Shown: positions 1-13,253, counted from the stretch's first letter. The stretch is 64,000 nt of DNA from Haliotis cracherodii (GCF_022045235.1 NW_027266266.1:25606001-25670000), one strand, 5' to 3'. A program made the numbers and translations. Notes: generated by a model from the sequence alone, not told the origin.

Positions 1-3000
1 CATCACACCAGAAAACAGGGAAGCAGGCTTGTTGAAGTGGACCAGAATGATATTCAGGAGATTAAAGAAATGATTGACAAGCTGGAGACTGGGAATATTT
101 CTTCATTTGAAATTGATGTTGCTGAATCTAACATCAAACTGGTTGGTGTAATGGGTGGATTAGAAGGCAAAAACGCATGGTACCTGATGAAAGAACCACA
201 CATTCCAAGTACATGTAAAGCTGATGACAAATGCATCACAAGTGTAGATGCTGTAGGGCCTGTTGCTTATTTCCATGATCTAGAGTTACTGGACGGTGTG
301 AAATATTACATATGTATGCAAAGTATGCCTATCGCACAAAACAGCTCAAGGATATCAGAATGTGGGGATGGTGTTATCATTGATGACCTTCCCCCTAAAC
401 AAGGCGAAGTTCGGGTACTGAACCTACGAAATGGATTTCTCACAGAATGGGATGTTTTGGTGATAGATTGGTCCGGATTTAGAGACCAAAAATTGTTCCT
501 CAAGGACACTGATTCAGGCATCTCTTATTATTCCTATGCCATAGGTACGTAAGACAAATTTAGGCATGTCTGGAAATATGTTTATAACATAAATTTATTT
601 AGATAGGGTACGGACCCGTGAAGATCCGGGGTAGAATAGGTCTTAAGCAACCCATGCTTGCTGTAAGAGGCGACTATGATTGTCGTAAGAGGCAACTAAA
701 GGGATCGGCTGGTTAGGCTCGTTGATGTATGTCATCGTATCCCAATTGCGTGGAGCGATGCTCATGATGTCAATCACTGGATTGCCTGATCTAGACTCGA
801 TTATTTACAGTCATATAGCTGGAATATTACTGAGTGCGGCGTTAAACAACAAACAGTAGCATTCAAGGCCTTTGTAAAGCTTTTAAAAAGGGACGTTGTA
901 TAGAGATTGAAAGTCATTTTCTTATGTCATCAACGATATACAGGCTTGATTCGAGTATCGCTTGATTCTGTTTCGAGCTTCTTATAGATGCATTCAATGC
1001 GTTTGCCTTGAATAATGTTCATATACTCATTTATTCTAATTGTATTAATACACTGTAACCAATTTACACATGTTTCAAGGTACCTATCCAGGAGGACAAG
1101 ATGTTCAAGCCTTCACAAATGTTGGCCTTGCACACAACGCACATATACCAAACATCACCTTGGCAAATGGCGAAACCTTCTATGTAACGCTGAAAGGTAA
1201 GTTCCATCTATTTATTGCCAATGGAAAAGTCGCTTTATTAAGTAGAGATTCAGTAGAAGGGTAAGACTATTCTGCATTGCACATACTGTGTTGTTACGGC
1301 AGCAGAACTGCTGTGCGGCGTGAGGAAACAAATATTTTTGCAAACTGTATGAGAAGCGGATGTTAGCCGCCGGGCAGGCCATTCTCTCCTTTATCGCGAA
1401 GACTTGGTGTCATCACTTTCACATGCAATGGAGCGAGTTTCGGCGCATAATCGAAACTGATTATTTTCTGTCGCTGACGTTTAATTTTTACTTCATACAA
1501 TGTTATAGAATGGAATGTCCTGCATGCACTGGTGAAAGCAAATTATTACTGTTGTTCGGTGGTTATTTCCATTTCAGCTTTTGACCGACTTGGACACTCA
1601 ACATCAGCAACCTCTGATGCTGCTCTGGTTGATGTTACACCACCTAAGACAGGCGACATCTTCATTGGTGACATTCTTGAGAGCCATAGTGTGGTGTCAG
1701 GAGACAGGTTGACTGTCCATTGGGCAGGATTCGAAGATCCTGAATCTGGCATCCTTTCAACATATCTCGCCATTGGATCGACCATCACTGGAGCACTGTC
1801 ACCTTTCAAGAAATATACAGGAACATTTGCAGACATCAACATGAATGGATTTACAGATGGCCATGAGTATTTTGCGAGAATAATGGTACAACAAATGTAC
1901 ATGTTCCCATCCTGATAATGTAACTTTTCTGTTAGTGTGTAAATTATCAATGTTTATTAGTTTCAACAAAATCAGTAAATGAACTATTGTGTCACATGAT
2001 TTTCTGGTTTAACGATTACTTGATTGTCTTTTGTATTTACAGGAAGCCGTCGTATGGCAGGAATACTGGCTGCGACGTTAGGCAATACTTACTTTTTTAT
2101 GCAAATTGTGTAAATGACGGATGCTACAGGAAAAGCGGGAGATGCCTGCGCTGTTGGTGTCATCACGGATTTCCTGTGGTTCAAATTAATTTTCACAGCT
2201 ATTTCGCCCTCCACGCCAACCTCGACTGGTTATTCTCTTGCATTGACAATTTATATTTTCCTGAGATAAAAATGAAATACCATTAACTTACTAGTCAAAC
2301 ATGTATAAATGTGAATGATCAGGTTAAAATTGTGTGATAGAATTAATAAGGATTTTTTTTCAGATTACAAATCGAGCTGGCATGACTTCTATGGCGGTTT
2401 CCAATCCCTTCACCGTGGACACGTCACCTCCTTCAATAGGTGTTGTTGCAGATGGTGAAAAGGGGGTAAGGGGTCTTGACGTTTTTATTTGTTAAAATAT
2501 GTACCGAAAAGCCATGAATTCCAAGAACTTTACCTTCATTAGGTAGAATATATATGGTCCACACAGTGACATAAATTACAATATGCAACTATCTGTCCTT
2601 ACAAACAGCTAAGGCGCTGTCGGGTAGCCTAGTGGTTAAAGCGTTAGCTCGTCACGCCTAAGACCCGGGTTCGATTCCCGACATGGGTACAATGTGTAGC
2701 CCATTTCTGGTGTCCCCCGTAATATTGCTATAAGAGGCGTAAAACCATACTCACTCACACACTACAAACAGCTAAGGCCAAAACCTGAAGGCGTTGACAA
2801 AACGTATATAGTGTACATACCTAGTATACATTGCTCGACTGCGGGTTACATAACATTGGTAAATGTTCTATATTTTGTACGTGCCACAGGACGTCTATAC
2901 GCTGTTATTTATTATCTGCATGTACATATTAATATTTTGTATATGTCAGTTTGATTTTGTAAATATGTTTCAGTATGAGCTAGATTACCAGACTACCACT

Positions 3001-4196
3001 GGCAGGTACTCCTGTTACTGGTCCGGGTTTGATGATCCCCACTCTGGACTTATGTCCTTCCATGTTAGCGTTGGGACTCAGCCTTATTTGGACGATGTTC
3101 AGACCACAACTCATGCTGGTCTGGGATCAGGTATGTTTCTATACACCTCCTCGTGTTTACATGTACTGTAGACACTGTGAAACCAAAGGCCAGATTCAAC
3201 AATATCTACTGACACAATATCAGTTGCAAACTTTTTTCATGCAACATACTTTAGACACTGGATGTGATTTGGTTCGAATTTTGGTGTGAATCTTTATAAA
3301 TTAAGTTCAGTAATGAAGTGCCTACATAACACTCACAAAATGTTACAGATGTGCTTCCCTCAATACACAAGTAAGTATTTCTGAAATGATTAAATAATGC
3401 CGTGTTCTTTGCAGAGCTGTCATGGGCAGGAGACTTGCCTGTCGGGATACAGCTCTACTGCAGTGTTGAGGCGTGTAACCATGCAGGTCTTTGCTCAAAG
3501 TCTGCATCAGATGGGATCATTCTCGACAACTCGCCTCCAGTACCTGGCATGGCCTTTGTGGGACACGATGGACAGCACCACAAATATCATGGACACGTGT
3601 AATTATATTCAATATTCTGCAGTTATGCATTATACGTTAATGTCAAAACGTTGTGGCAACCTTATGTTTACATTGTCCCAATGTCACCTGCATGCAACGC
3701 TATTCTGTGGACTCCCATTTATGTTGTCACAACGTTTTAGGAACGTTGTAGTTATGTTGTATGTTGATGTTGAAGTTTACGTTTCAAAATACACATGATC
3801 ATGACAATTAGTCAGACACTGTTACCCTTTATGCGTGTACAGTGTGCAGCAGGAAACAAAATATGAATGGAGGACTTGGTAATTAACACTTTATCTTCAA
3901 CTTTTAGTCATGTAATATGAGCGTTGAACTTCAAGAGACAGTTCTGTAGATTTTTAGAAAACTTGCATACTGATTTGCAAGAAACTTCTTTCTTTGATTC
4001 TAAATTCCATTTCATTGAAAGACCATCAAGAGGTATATAGATCATGGAATTAAACAACTGCACTTACGTTTACATAATTTCACAACCCCTTGTGTGTAAA
4101 GTGTTTCTCAATGCATCAAACATTTGTGTTGGCATCTCCTGGAATGCTCGTTCGTTTCATGCTAAACGGATTTCAGAACATAGTCTGGATTTACCC

Positions 4197-4231
<35 letters not shown>

Positions 4232-7200
4232 CGATTAACAATGTGTTAATAATGGGTAAATCCAGACCCCGTTCTGAAACCCGTTTAGCATGAAACGAAC
4301 GAGCATTCCAGGAGATGCCAACACAAATATACAAAATATATATTATGTCTTCAGCTTCGTTACGTAATGATAACGTTTGTTTTTTTTGTCAAATCATATT
4401 TTCAAATGTATACTTCCATTTTCATACATACAATATTAAGAGATGGTTATATCAATAGCATTGTGTGATGACCGTAGCAGAACTTTTTCACAAAGTAAAA
4501 TGGTAACGTTGTCAAATACGTTGTGAAATACTGTTAAATCGCGACTTAATGCCCACGTTGTAAACACGTTATATCATGACCTTACCAATCCAAATGCATT
4601 GTGGTTTCTGGGACAGTGCGCAGTGTTATCGTTGATATTAGTCAAACTTCATGCACTAAAATATCCATAGAATCGCTCTGCATTGTGTTGTAGTTCAATC
4701 CTTGATCATCTTACGTTACATGTATTATTGGTATTTCAGTTCCACTCTTACCGCACAATGGTTTGGATTTGAGGACCCAGAAACAGGAATCAACCACTTC
4801 GACTGGTGTGTTGGAACATCACCGGGAAAATGTGATGTCCTTCCAAGTATCAGCAACCTCCTTTCTGACTCAGTTCTTAAAACTGGCCTTAAGCTGCCAT
4901 CTGGTCATCCCCTGTATGTTACTGTGAATGCTACAAACCCAGCAGGTCTAGTGGCCACATCCACTTCAGACAGCTTCATCGTGGATACATCTCCACCAGT
5001 AGCAAAAGAGAAACCTACGTTTACATCACCCTACTCTAAAAACATATCTGCTGTGAATGTGCAGTGGGAGAACTCCATGCTTCATCTTCGATGGAAGTTC
5101 ACAGACGTTGATAGTCCCATTCAAAGGCACCTAGTATCACTGTCTACTCATAATGATGGAGCATCTGCTGTTGAAAGTATTCATCTGGGCACTCAGGACT
5201 CCACCACCATCCTCTTTGAAGCAGGGAATCTAATGAGAAGTGGAGATGTCTACACCGCCACTGTCACCGCCTGTAATGCTGCAGATCTCTGCTCCACAGC
5301 CACAAGTAACCAGATTCGTATAGATTCTACGCCCCCACAAATGGGAGGATTCAAATCCCCTCTGGCATGGGAAAATGCCATTGAGAAAGGTGTAAGCAAG
5401 ACACGTGTAAACCTGAAATGGCTTGGTTTCGTGGACACTGAATCTGGAATCCAGGTCTATCATATCTCTGTCAGTCGAACATTTGATGGCAATGAGTTGT
5501 CGAGAGGGATCGTGGAAATGAAACATGACAATAATTCCACTGAACAATCATCTTCCTTCATACTCAGTGATCAGATCAAAACTGGAGAAAATATCATTCT
5601 GACGATCTCAGCAACAAACACCGCCGGCCTATCAAGTGGAGTTGGTAAGATGACTGTGGCAGCTGTTGCCTCTGATGCGAAACATACAAAAGGGACGCTG
5701 GAACTTCAACGCCACTCATGCTCAGTTCATTACTGCACTGGCGACTGCACATGTGGCATTTTAGGACAGCACTGTCAACTAAATTCCTCTAAGCAGGAAT
5801 GTCCTGGTCCTACCACTAAATGGAAGAGTACTGATGTTGTTGTACATCTTGGACTAGAGTCAGATACTACAGTTACCAGCTCATCATCTTGTCTGAACGC
5901 TCATTGGGAAGCCTCATCGTCACAAGTTTTGAACAAAATCACTCGATTTCAGTGGAGCTTTGGGGAAAAGGAAGACCGACCAGAAAATGATACCTTAACG
6001 ACTATATGGCGTGATGTAGGGAAAGGTACAAGCGTCATACACTGCCTTCCTAACGGGGAGTCCTTGCACCATGGTACAGAATATACCATCTACGTGAAAG
6101 CCTGGTTTAGCTTTAGTGAATATGCTGTGTTCCAGTCTCGTAGTATCCTGGTTGACCACACACCACCTGCAGTTCAGAGGGCTAAGTCACCTCTAGATTC
6201 AGATGTGTCTTGTAAAATGGACTTTGAGTATTTCAGTCATGGACAACCAATAAGAGCATGTTGGGAAGGCGTATTCAACGACACACAAACGACATTGAAA
6301 GGCTTTGAAATTTCGCTGGGCTCATCACCAGGAGGTATGTAAATATCTTGATTGCAAAGATTTACGCCTGTCGCAAAAATCTGCGAGACGCACCTGTGTT
6401 ATGGTTTCCCTCAATAATAAGATGACACATTATATGGCTTTAATACACCACAGGATAATATTAAACTCAAACACTAAAAGTGTTTTGACAGACATTTAAT
6501 CTCAGCTACTCTTATCATAAATGTAATGATAAAACGTAAATAATGGCCAATATTTTATCTACCTCACAATTACCAAATGGACAAGATGATATTGATGACC
6601 ACTCACGCATAAATACCTTGAACATTAACGGTATTGTTTTCTCTGATTGTAGGAGATGAAATTATACAAGCAAAGTTCACGGGTAATGCAACGTCCTATC
6701 CGATCCCTGTGGGACTCCTAAAAGGTGGTACGAAATACTACAGTAGCATCAGGGCAACCAACTCGGCCGGTCTGCAGACTGTAGCAGTGTCTGATGGGTT
6801 TGTAGTTGATGATGCACCACCTGTAGCTGGCGTAGTCTTCAACACTGACCGCCACAAGAACATCGAGTTTCAGTCATCCAACACAACACTGAAGGCTTCG
6901 TGGCATGGATTTGAAGACTATCATTCCTATGTTCAGAGGTTTGAAATCGCAGTTTTAAAAGAAGGAGAACATATCCAGGACTCCATGTTCAAGTACCATG
7001 GAATGGAAAATGAGATCACCATAGAAAATCTGAAACTAGAAGAGAAGAAGAGGTATCGCATTGCAGTCAGAGCAGTTGATGCTGCAGGCCTTCGCAGTAG
7101 TACTGCTGAGTCTCCAAGCATACTGATTGACACATCAGCGCCTAAGGCGTTTAAATGCATATCGTTTCATGACAAGAAATTGAGCTTTACTAGACGTAGG

Positions 7201-9183
7201 TACCAATCACGTCAATACGACGCAATAGCGCTAAACGCCGTTGAGCATCTGCAGGAGAATACATTCTATCACATCACAGTGAGAGGCGTCTTGGACATTC
7301 ATATGTCTCGTGTCATTTTCTCACTTGGCAGTCTCCATATTCCGGCTATGTTTGAGAGAAATATCTCAGTAATACAGGCCTCACATAGTTTCCTGGTCTC
7401 ACATTCTGGCCTTACTAACATTACTATATCAATTACAGGGACTAATGCATCACATGCCGTCGATGTGCAACTTGGGGTGTGTCAAAACGTAGCAGAGACT
7501 GAGCCAACAGATGCCATAACAGTTTGGCAAATCCGACCGTCTGTTGTTGCTGTTTGTGCCAGGGTAATAGATCATGAAAGCGGAACAAGAAGTGTGTGGC
7601 TTGGAGCAGGAACAAGCAAGGGAGGGTACCAGATCCGTGCCTTGTCTCCAACGTCTGTCAGCAACCATGAAATGATTCTGGTGGAAGAGCCACATGGTAG
7701 CCCTGTTCATGTCACGGTGATGGCCGAGAACAATGCTGGTCTCAGAACCATCTTCACATCCAAGCCAATCACCATCGACCATACTCCACCAAAGATGACT
7801 ACTTCACAAGCAACGGCCGCTTTTCAAACGCATAACGTCTTTCTTAAGATGCGTTGGCAGGTTGAAGATGCGGAAAGTGGAATAAACACGTGTCTGTGTA
7901 CATATGGTAATAGGGGTGTTTTCTACCATCTACTCACTAAGAGTACAGTTATTACAATTATTACTGGTGTATATGACATGAAAAATATAATGCATAACGA
8001 ATTTATGCTTTTGAGCGATGCTGAACCAATAATAGTCAAGTGCCATGTTGGACCAAGCACTATAAATCTTAACATCTTAAAACTGCATGATTAATGGCTT
8101 CTTAGAATGAACTTTTTGGTCAGTATTGAAACATATCAAAAAGTTATCAACATGTATACGGCTACAAATTCTCGCATAGGATATATGAAGTTGTAATCAA
8201 TTTACTGTTCACAGGCGCACACCCTCTGTCCTATGAAGATCACACATGGGAGAAGTCACAGAGCTTGACTCACTGCGAACTGAAGAACATCTCTGCCCCT
8301 CATGACAGTGTTCTGTACGTGTGGGCCCGTTGCATCAACAACGTAAACTTGGAGACAGTTATCAAGTCACAGCCTCTGCATCTTGTAAATCCTCCTCCTG
8401 CTCTTCTACAGAACTCTCTGAAAGTCATTGTGGACAATAAGATACCCTTTCCCTCCAAAGTCCAGGCATACACTGACCGTGTGGAATTCGCTTGGCAAGA
8501 AGCGAATACTCCTTGGATCGGTACCTATGAATGCCGCCTTCTCGAACATGGTAAACCTGTAGCAAATTGGGTATCTACAGGAAAGAAGACCTATGCAACA
8601 CTTGACGGGTTGAGTCTACGAGATGGACATGTGTATGACATCCAGGTCCGCGCTGTGAATGCGGGGTCCCAGTACAGCAATGTTCTCAACAGTACCATAG
8701 CAGTCGAGAGCCGGTCGCCCTCGACCACAGGTACGCATGAATACTTTGTAGGATGATAACAGGTGAAAGATTGAAGACATCCTTAGGGCATTGATATTAT
8801 TGTTATTGTTATGAAGACAGTTGAAGTCAGTATGGTAGAAATTTTGAAACAATATGAGTGTTAGAAGTATTATGACAATCATCAGTTGAATATTAATAAC
8901 ATATTTGTTTTGTTCAGGGGTCAAGCCGACAGCGACACTGGTGAAAGGACACCTTAACGTAGACTGGCCAAGAGTATTTGATGATTTGAAGATGCAAACC
9001 AGATATGAGACAACCATTGGAACTAGACAAGGATTTAATGACATTGTTAGAAACAGAGTTTCCTTTGACACACATCTGACAACTATCACCCATGCAAATG
9101 TACATGAAATCTTTGTGACAATCAAAGCAAATTTTGTAACTGGGAAGTTTGGCATATATTCCCACGTTGTTTCTCTACATTAA
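1..9183 (+). CDS. Gene A (5'-truncated by window): large extracellular protein of tandem fibronectin-III/Ig-like DxT/SPP modules; inverted paralog of gene B
   Basis: Phase-consistent GT-AG exons: <1-544, 1080-1196, 1578-1885, 2364-2465, 2974-3130, 3415-3598, 4740-6334, 6653-7906, 8215-8730, 8918-9183 (TAA). Repeated motifs DxSPP/DxTPP, WxGFxDxESGI, GTxPGxxDV, AxNxAGL. Exon-for-exon homology to gene B. No C-terminal TM segment. Confidence 0.88.
613..853 (+). mobile_element. SINE-like interspersed repeat, family 2 (GACCCGTGAAGATCCGGGGTAGAATAGG... CGGCGTTAAACAACAAAC)
   Basis: Homologous copies at 21980-22248, 30092-30310, 46772-47063, 52437-52672 and 59155-59385, plus fragments; shared (CAAA/CAAC)n tail. 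Confidence 0.8.
2616..2762 (+). mobile_element. tRNA-derived SINE, family 1 (short, ACTC tail)
   Basis: A box TAGCCTAGTGG, B box GGTTCGATTCCC, (ACTC)n tail; 16-bp TSD TACAAACAGCTAAGGC at 2600-2615 and 2763-2778. Confidence 0.85.
4122..4328. repeat. Inverted repeat (79-bp arms) around a (TA)n spacer; fold-back/MITE-like
   Basis: Arms 4122-4200 and 4250-4328 are reverse complements with 4 mismatches. Confidence 0.9.
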
Positions 9184-9350
9184 CTACCGTATATGCCTGA
9201 CCACAGAACTGACTTTAAAGGACCCAATACGTCGATGGATGTGGTTGCTTCTCTATATCATAAATATTCTAGATAACCTTTCTGAACGGAAAATATATAA
9301 CTCGAATATATTATTCGCTATAGTTTGTTAGTTGCCGTGCTTTTTATTTT

Positions 9351-9356
9351 AATAAA
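9351..9356 (+). terminator. Probable polyadenylation signal of gene A
   Basis: AATAAA about 170 nt after the stop codon at 9183. Confidence 0.55.
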
Positions 9357-10769
9357 AGGAACGAAATCCGAGCATGGCTGTCTTTCAATTCAAAATCATA
9401 TGTGCATATGCACTACTCTACTATCGGGTATAAAGTATGAGGTCAACCACAGAAAAATAAATGAAATTGTTGTTTAGGACATCCACAAGCTACTAACTTA
9501 CAGTTCTCAACAGAAGACCCGTTCACCAAACTCGGACCTGATTGGCTTGCCGTGTCACGTGCTGTGATCCATGGGTATCGCCATATTGAAAGGGGCCATC
9601 TCATGTTTACATCTCAAATTATATATAGATTATACATTGTCCAGAAGAGGCCGCAGCTTCAACGTCACCACAGAAAACGTACATACACAACGTTCTCCCA
9701 CACGACAAGTATGTATGACAGTAGGTCAAGAGCATGTTTACACATCTTTAACCACACACGCTGTATTTTACTCCAACAGTACCGCGTCGCTATATTAGTG
9801 CAATAATCTTGAACGCGACGTTAAACCCCATTTCACCTTCACCTCCAACAGTACGTTCTTGTGATGAACATAAAAGATGGCAGTTGTCCTTTGTATGAAC
9901 TCTTCTGATATCATTTGCTATGGAATCCTGGAGGAGATACTGTCGCATTATCACCCTTACAAATACGAGCAATGCGTATCAAAATAAACCAGTACAACCA
10001 GTACAACAAACGCCATGCTCTTTGTCGCGATGTGAATAATATCCTTGATGTTTACTAAAGTAAAGTATATTTCAAGGCCATTATGTGTGTCATCATTTGT
10101 AACGTTGTCACATTGTAGCCAAATGTGATTTGTGAGAAGAGAGAGGTTAATATACGCGACAATGCGACATACTGGTAATGTGGCGTTGTCTCCCATTTCC
10201 ATTAATCATAGGCACGTGTAGTAAGTAAATTAATGGATAACAATACTGCAGTGGTCCTTTGTTAACTACAGTGATTATATAAGTACCAATGGCAATGTCA
10301 ATTGCTTTTCTCAAAATTAAACAAAACAGCAGAGCAAAAGCAAACTCATTTTTTTCTGTTTCATATAATTTTTGTCCCCAGGGGACAATGAGTAAGTCGT
10401 TTTAGACACATGCATCACTCAGGGCACTCCTCCCACAGCAAGTTGACACACTGTGAAAAACTTGCTCGCTCGTTCACATCGATGAATACGCTGTGCAGAG
10501 TTGAGTCCTCTTGGCGTGAGAGGAACTTATCATCGTGGGTTCGAATCCTCGATTCATCCTGATTACCTTTCTTGGTTCGGACTGTGTCATTTCCGTCTTT
10601 CCCCCGACATTAATACGACACGACACGACATAACTGAAATACTATTCAGAGCGGCGTGAAACAATACTCACTAAGTCATGGTTAGATTAAGACATTTATA
10701 CTCATAATAATAAATAACGCTTAGGTGGTACTGCCATACATATATGAAAGGCATAAACATATGAACGTG

Positions 10770-10955
10770 ACCGACCCAGGCTAAGCCGACTACGTGTCAC
10801 AGCGATGGAGAAGTGTCGCCATGAACGTTTTGCTGCCAGCTGGATACAGAACGTGGACGACTTTGGCGGTGGCATAGTAATGATGTGCGCAGATAGCTAT
10901 TACGCTGGTAGAATGTATCTGGCGCAAGAGGAAGGCAACTTAACAGCCACTATTG
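10770..10955 (+). mobile_element. Short Tc1 transposase fragment
   Basis: CRHERFAASWIQNVDDFGGGIVM..EEGNLTA resembles Tc1 RRGERYAPNCVQEVDRFGGGSVMVW..GNLTA. Confidence 0.6.
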
Positions 10956-11092
10956 TGAGTGAGTATATTTTAGCAAAATACCAGCAATATCACGTCGAGG
11001 AGCACACGAAATGGCTTCACACATGAAGGGAATCGAACCCAGGTCTTTGACGTGCCGAGCCAAAGCTTTAACCACTTGGCTACCACACGCCC
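10956..11092 (-). mobile_element. tRNA-derived SINE, family 1 (diverged)
   Basis: GAGTGAGT tail, GGGAATCGAACCC B box, CTTTAACCAC..GGCTACC head. A further partial copy lies at about 12020-12110. Confidence 0.7.
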
Positions 11093-12844
11093 TCCAACAC
11101 ACATACACAGATGACAATATACCCATACGAATAATTATTAACATCCCTATATTGAGACTCATTGATCTAGGGTGACAATATTTATTAGCATTTGTATAAT
11201 GAAATACAAATACTCAAATGGCCTAGTATACAGAAAGATATTAAAACATTAAACGCGAAGTCTATTTATTTTGTAAGATTGAGAGTGATTTCAAACTCAG
11301 TCAGTCAAATGACATTAACTCCAATTTCGTATAACTGTTTGATTGGCATTCTAAGAATTTCTTACGAACGATTGCTTGGTGTATAACACCGCATTCAGCA
11401 ATAGTCTGTGTATAATCGAGTCTGGACCAGGCAATTGATTGATTGACGTCGATCTACGCAATTGGGATAAGACGACATGAACAAATCAACGGTATATTTC
11501 TTTAATCAGTTCAAGTCATTTGGCTGACGAAAAACTACACCGACAGTAACGAAATACGAAATAATGTCAAAAATGGAAGATTTGTTATAATTTTGAGACA
11601 GGTAACCCACTTTCCCACTTTGTATTTAAGAATAATTGGAGCCAATAATACATTTTTATTTGCGGCGATAATGCAAGAACGCGATATATTTTGACCTTCG
11701 TTTCGTGTCGCCGCATTGTCGCCCTTTTCTAAAAGTATAAAGTTTCTATAAAAGTGCGATCATGCGACAAATGGTCAAAACGTTGTCGCGTTGTACCGAT
11801 TTGTTTAATTTCAACATCTTTTGCTTATATTTCTAAGGGTGACAACGCAACATAAGTTTCCCCAGATATTAAATTTGCAGTTCTAGGGTATCATCTATTA
11901 GATCTATGTAATATGTATAGCTGTTGGTATTCGTTCAATGGTGAACATTCATTAGATATTTCTCCATGCAGATTGTATACATTGCTGTTTGAGTGACATT
12001 TCAGATCGACTTATACTTGGTGAGTGAGTATGGTTTTACGACGCTTTTAGCAATATTACAACAATATCACGGCGGGGGACACCAGAACTGGGTTTCAAAA
12101 CATTGTACCAAGACTTGTAATTAAAAAAATATGACGATTGTATGAAACAGTATCATGATATAGATATATAAATGTACATACTGCACTGTAACACACTGCT
12201 ACAACATGATCCACAATCGATAATTGGTTCCCATGCAGATATGGTATAATTCAATGACTTATAAATGAAAACGTTAATAGGATTTGAAAAATATAAAGCA
12301 CATACATACACAGTGGTTGCATAAAAAAACAAAACAATCAAAATGAGTTAAAATGATTGTTTGGGCGTCGTATCATTTCGATACAATGCGAAGACGTTGA
12401 CATTAACTGCGTCGGCTCGATCGCACTTGAGTTTTGGAGGTCATATGGTATTCCCCCCTCAAGCCTTTCTTGGCATTCACACAGGGCGTTATAATCTTCA
12501 ACCGTCGAGCGGGACAACAGAAAACTTTAGTGTTTAGTGTCTGCCCTTTGTTATCGTTGTTTAACCTTGGTCCACATCAAGCGTGTTGCGTTGATATTGT
12601 ATTGGACATTGGAAGTTCAAAGTCTGATAGATCTTTACCTGAAAATACTTAAGTTTTGTATATAATACCGACACAATTAACACGCATAATCATGTTTTCA
12701 AGCATCAAACAAGAACCTAACGATGAAATTGGAGTGTTTGATAATGTCATGCCTAAATACATGGATCAATTTTATTTAATTTTTAAAGCCATTTTGCCAA
12801 ATATCAAAGTGGGTCAGAATATGATTTAAATTTTTTTTGCGGCA

Positions 12845-13253
12845 CGGCACATGGTCCTGTGCTCATCGCACAGGTAATTAATCAGGTGAAGCAATGTTGG
12901 TCGCGGAGAGTAGGTGGATGGGTGACCATGTCCGGCACCTTGGCACCTGATTGTTTCTAGGGCTTCGATCCTGCCCCATATTGAAGCACATGTAACACAT
13001 GTGTCTTCTTGGCCAAGTGACGTTCAAATTCTGCCTCTGTTCACCCAGTAGTGAATGGGTACCCTGTTGGATGAGATGCAATATGGTTCTTAACCCTCTA
13101 GCGCCTCGCGGGCAGCTGGGTGGTATACACCTCTAGGAGCTGAGAAGAATTGTTGAGTGCACACTGATTCATTTTCCGGTGTAAAGATGTCTAAGTGCTT
13201 AGAACATGCTAATGCAAGGAATACAGCACCATATAAATGGAATATTATTATTA
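12845..13253 (+). mobile_element. SINE with 5S rRNA-derived head (SINE3-like), family 5
   Basis: GTGAAGCAATGTTGGTCGCGGAGAGTAGGTGGATGGGTGACC resembles the 5S box A-IE-box C; central TTCACCCAGTAGTGAATGGGTACC; tail ATATAAAT..(TAT)n. The central motif recurs at about 37812-37845 (+) and about 57426-57456 (-). Confidence 0.65.

Noticed and set aside
1546-1950. Antisense ORFs conserved between the two paralogs (also 5230-5547, 7450-7782, 18115-18393, 20140-20457, 23483-23692)
   Set aside because: Shadow frames of real exons; their conservation follows from the A/B nucleotide similarity.
2616-2700. tRNA genes at the many A/B-box sequences
   Set aside because: No complete cloverleaf; each continues into a shared body and tail with TSDs, so these are SINE heads.
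12885-12930. Functional 5S rRNA gene
   Set aside because: Only the internal promoter region resembles 5S; it is diverged and embedded in a SINE-like body.
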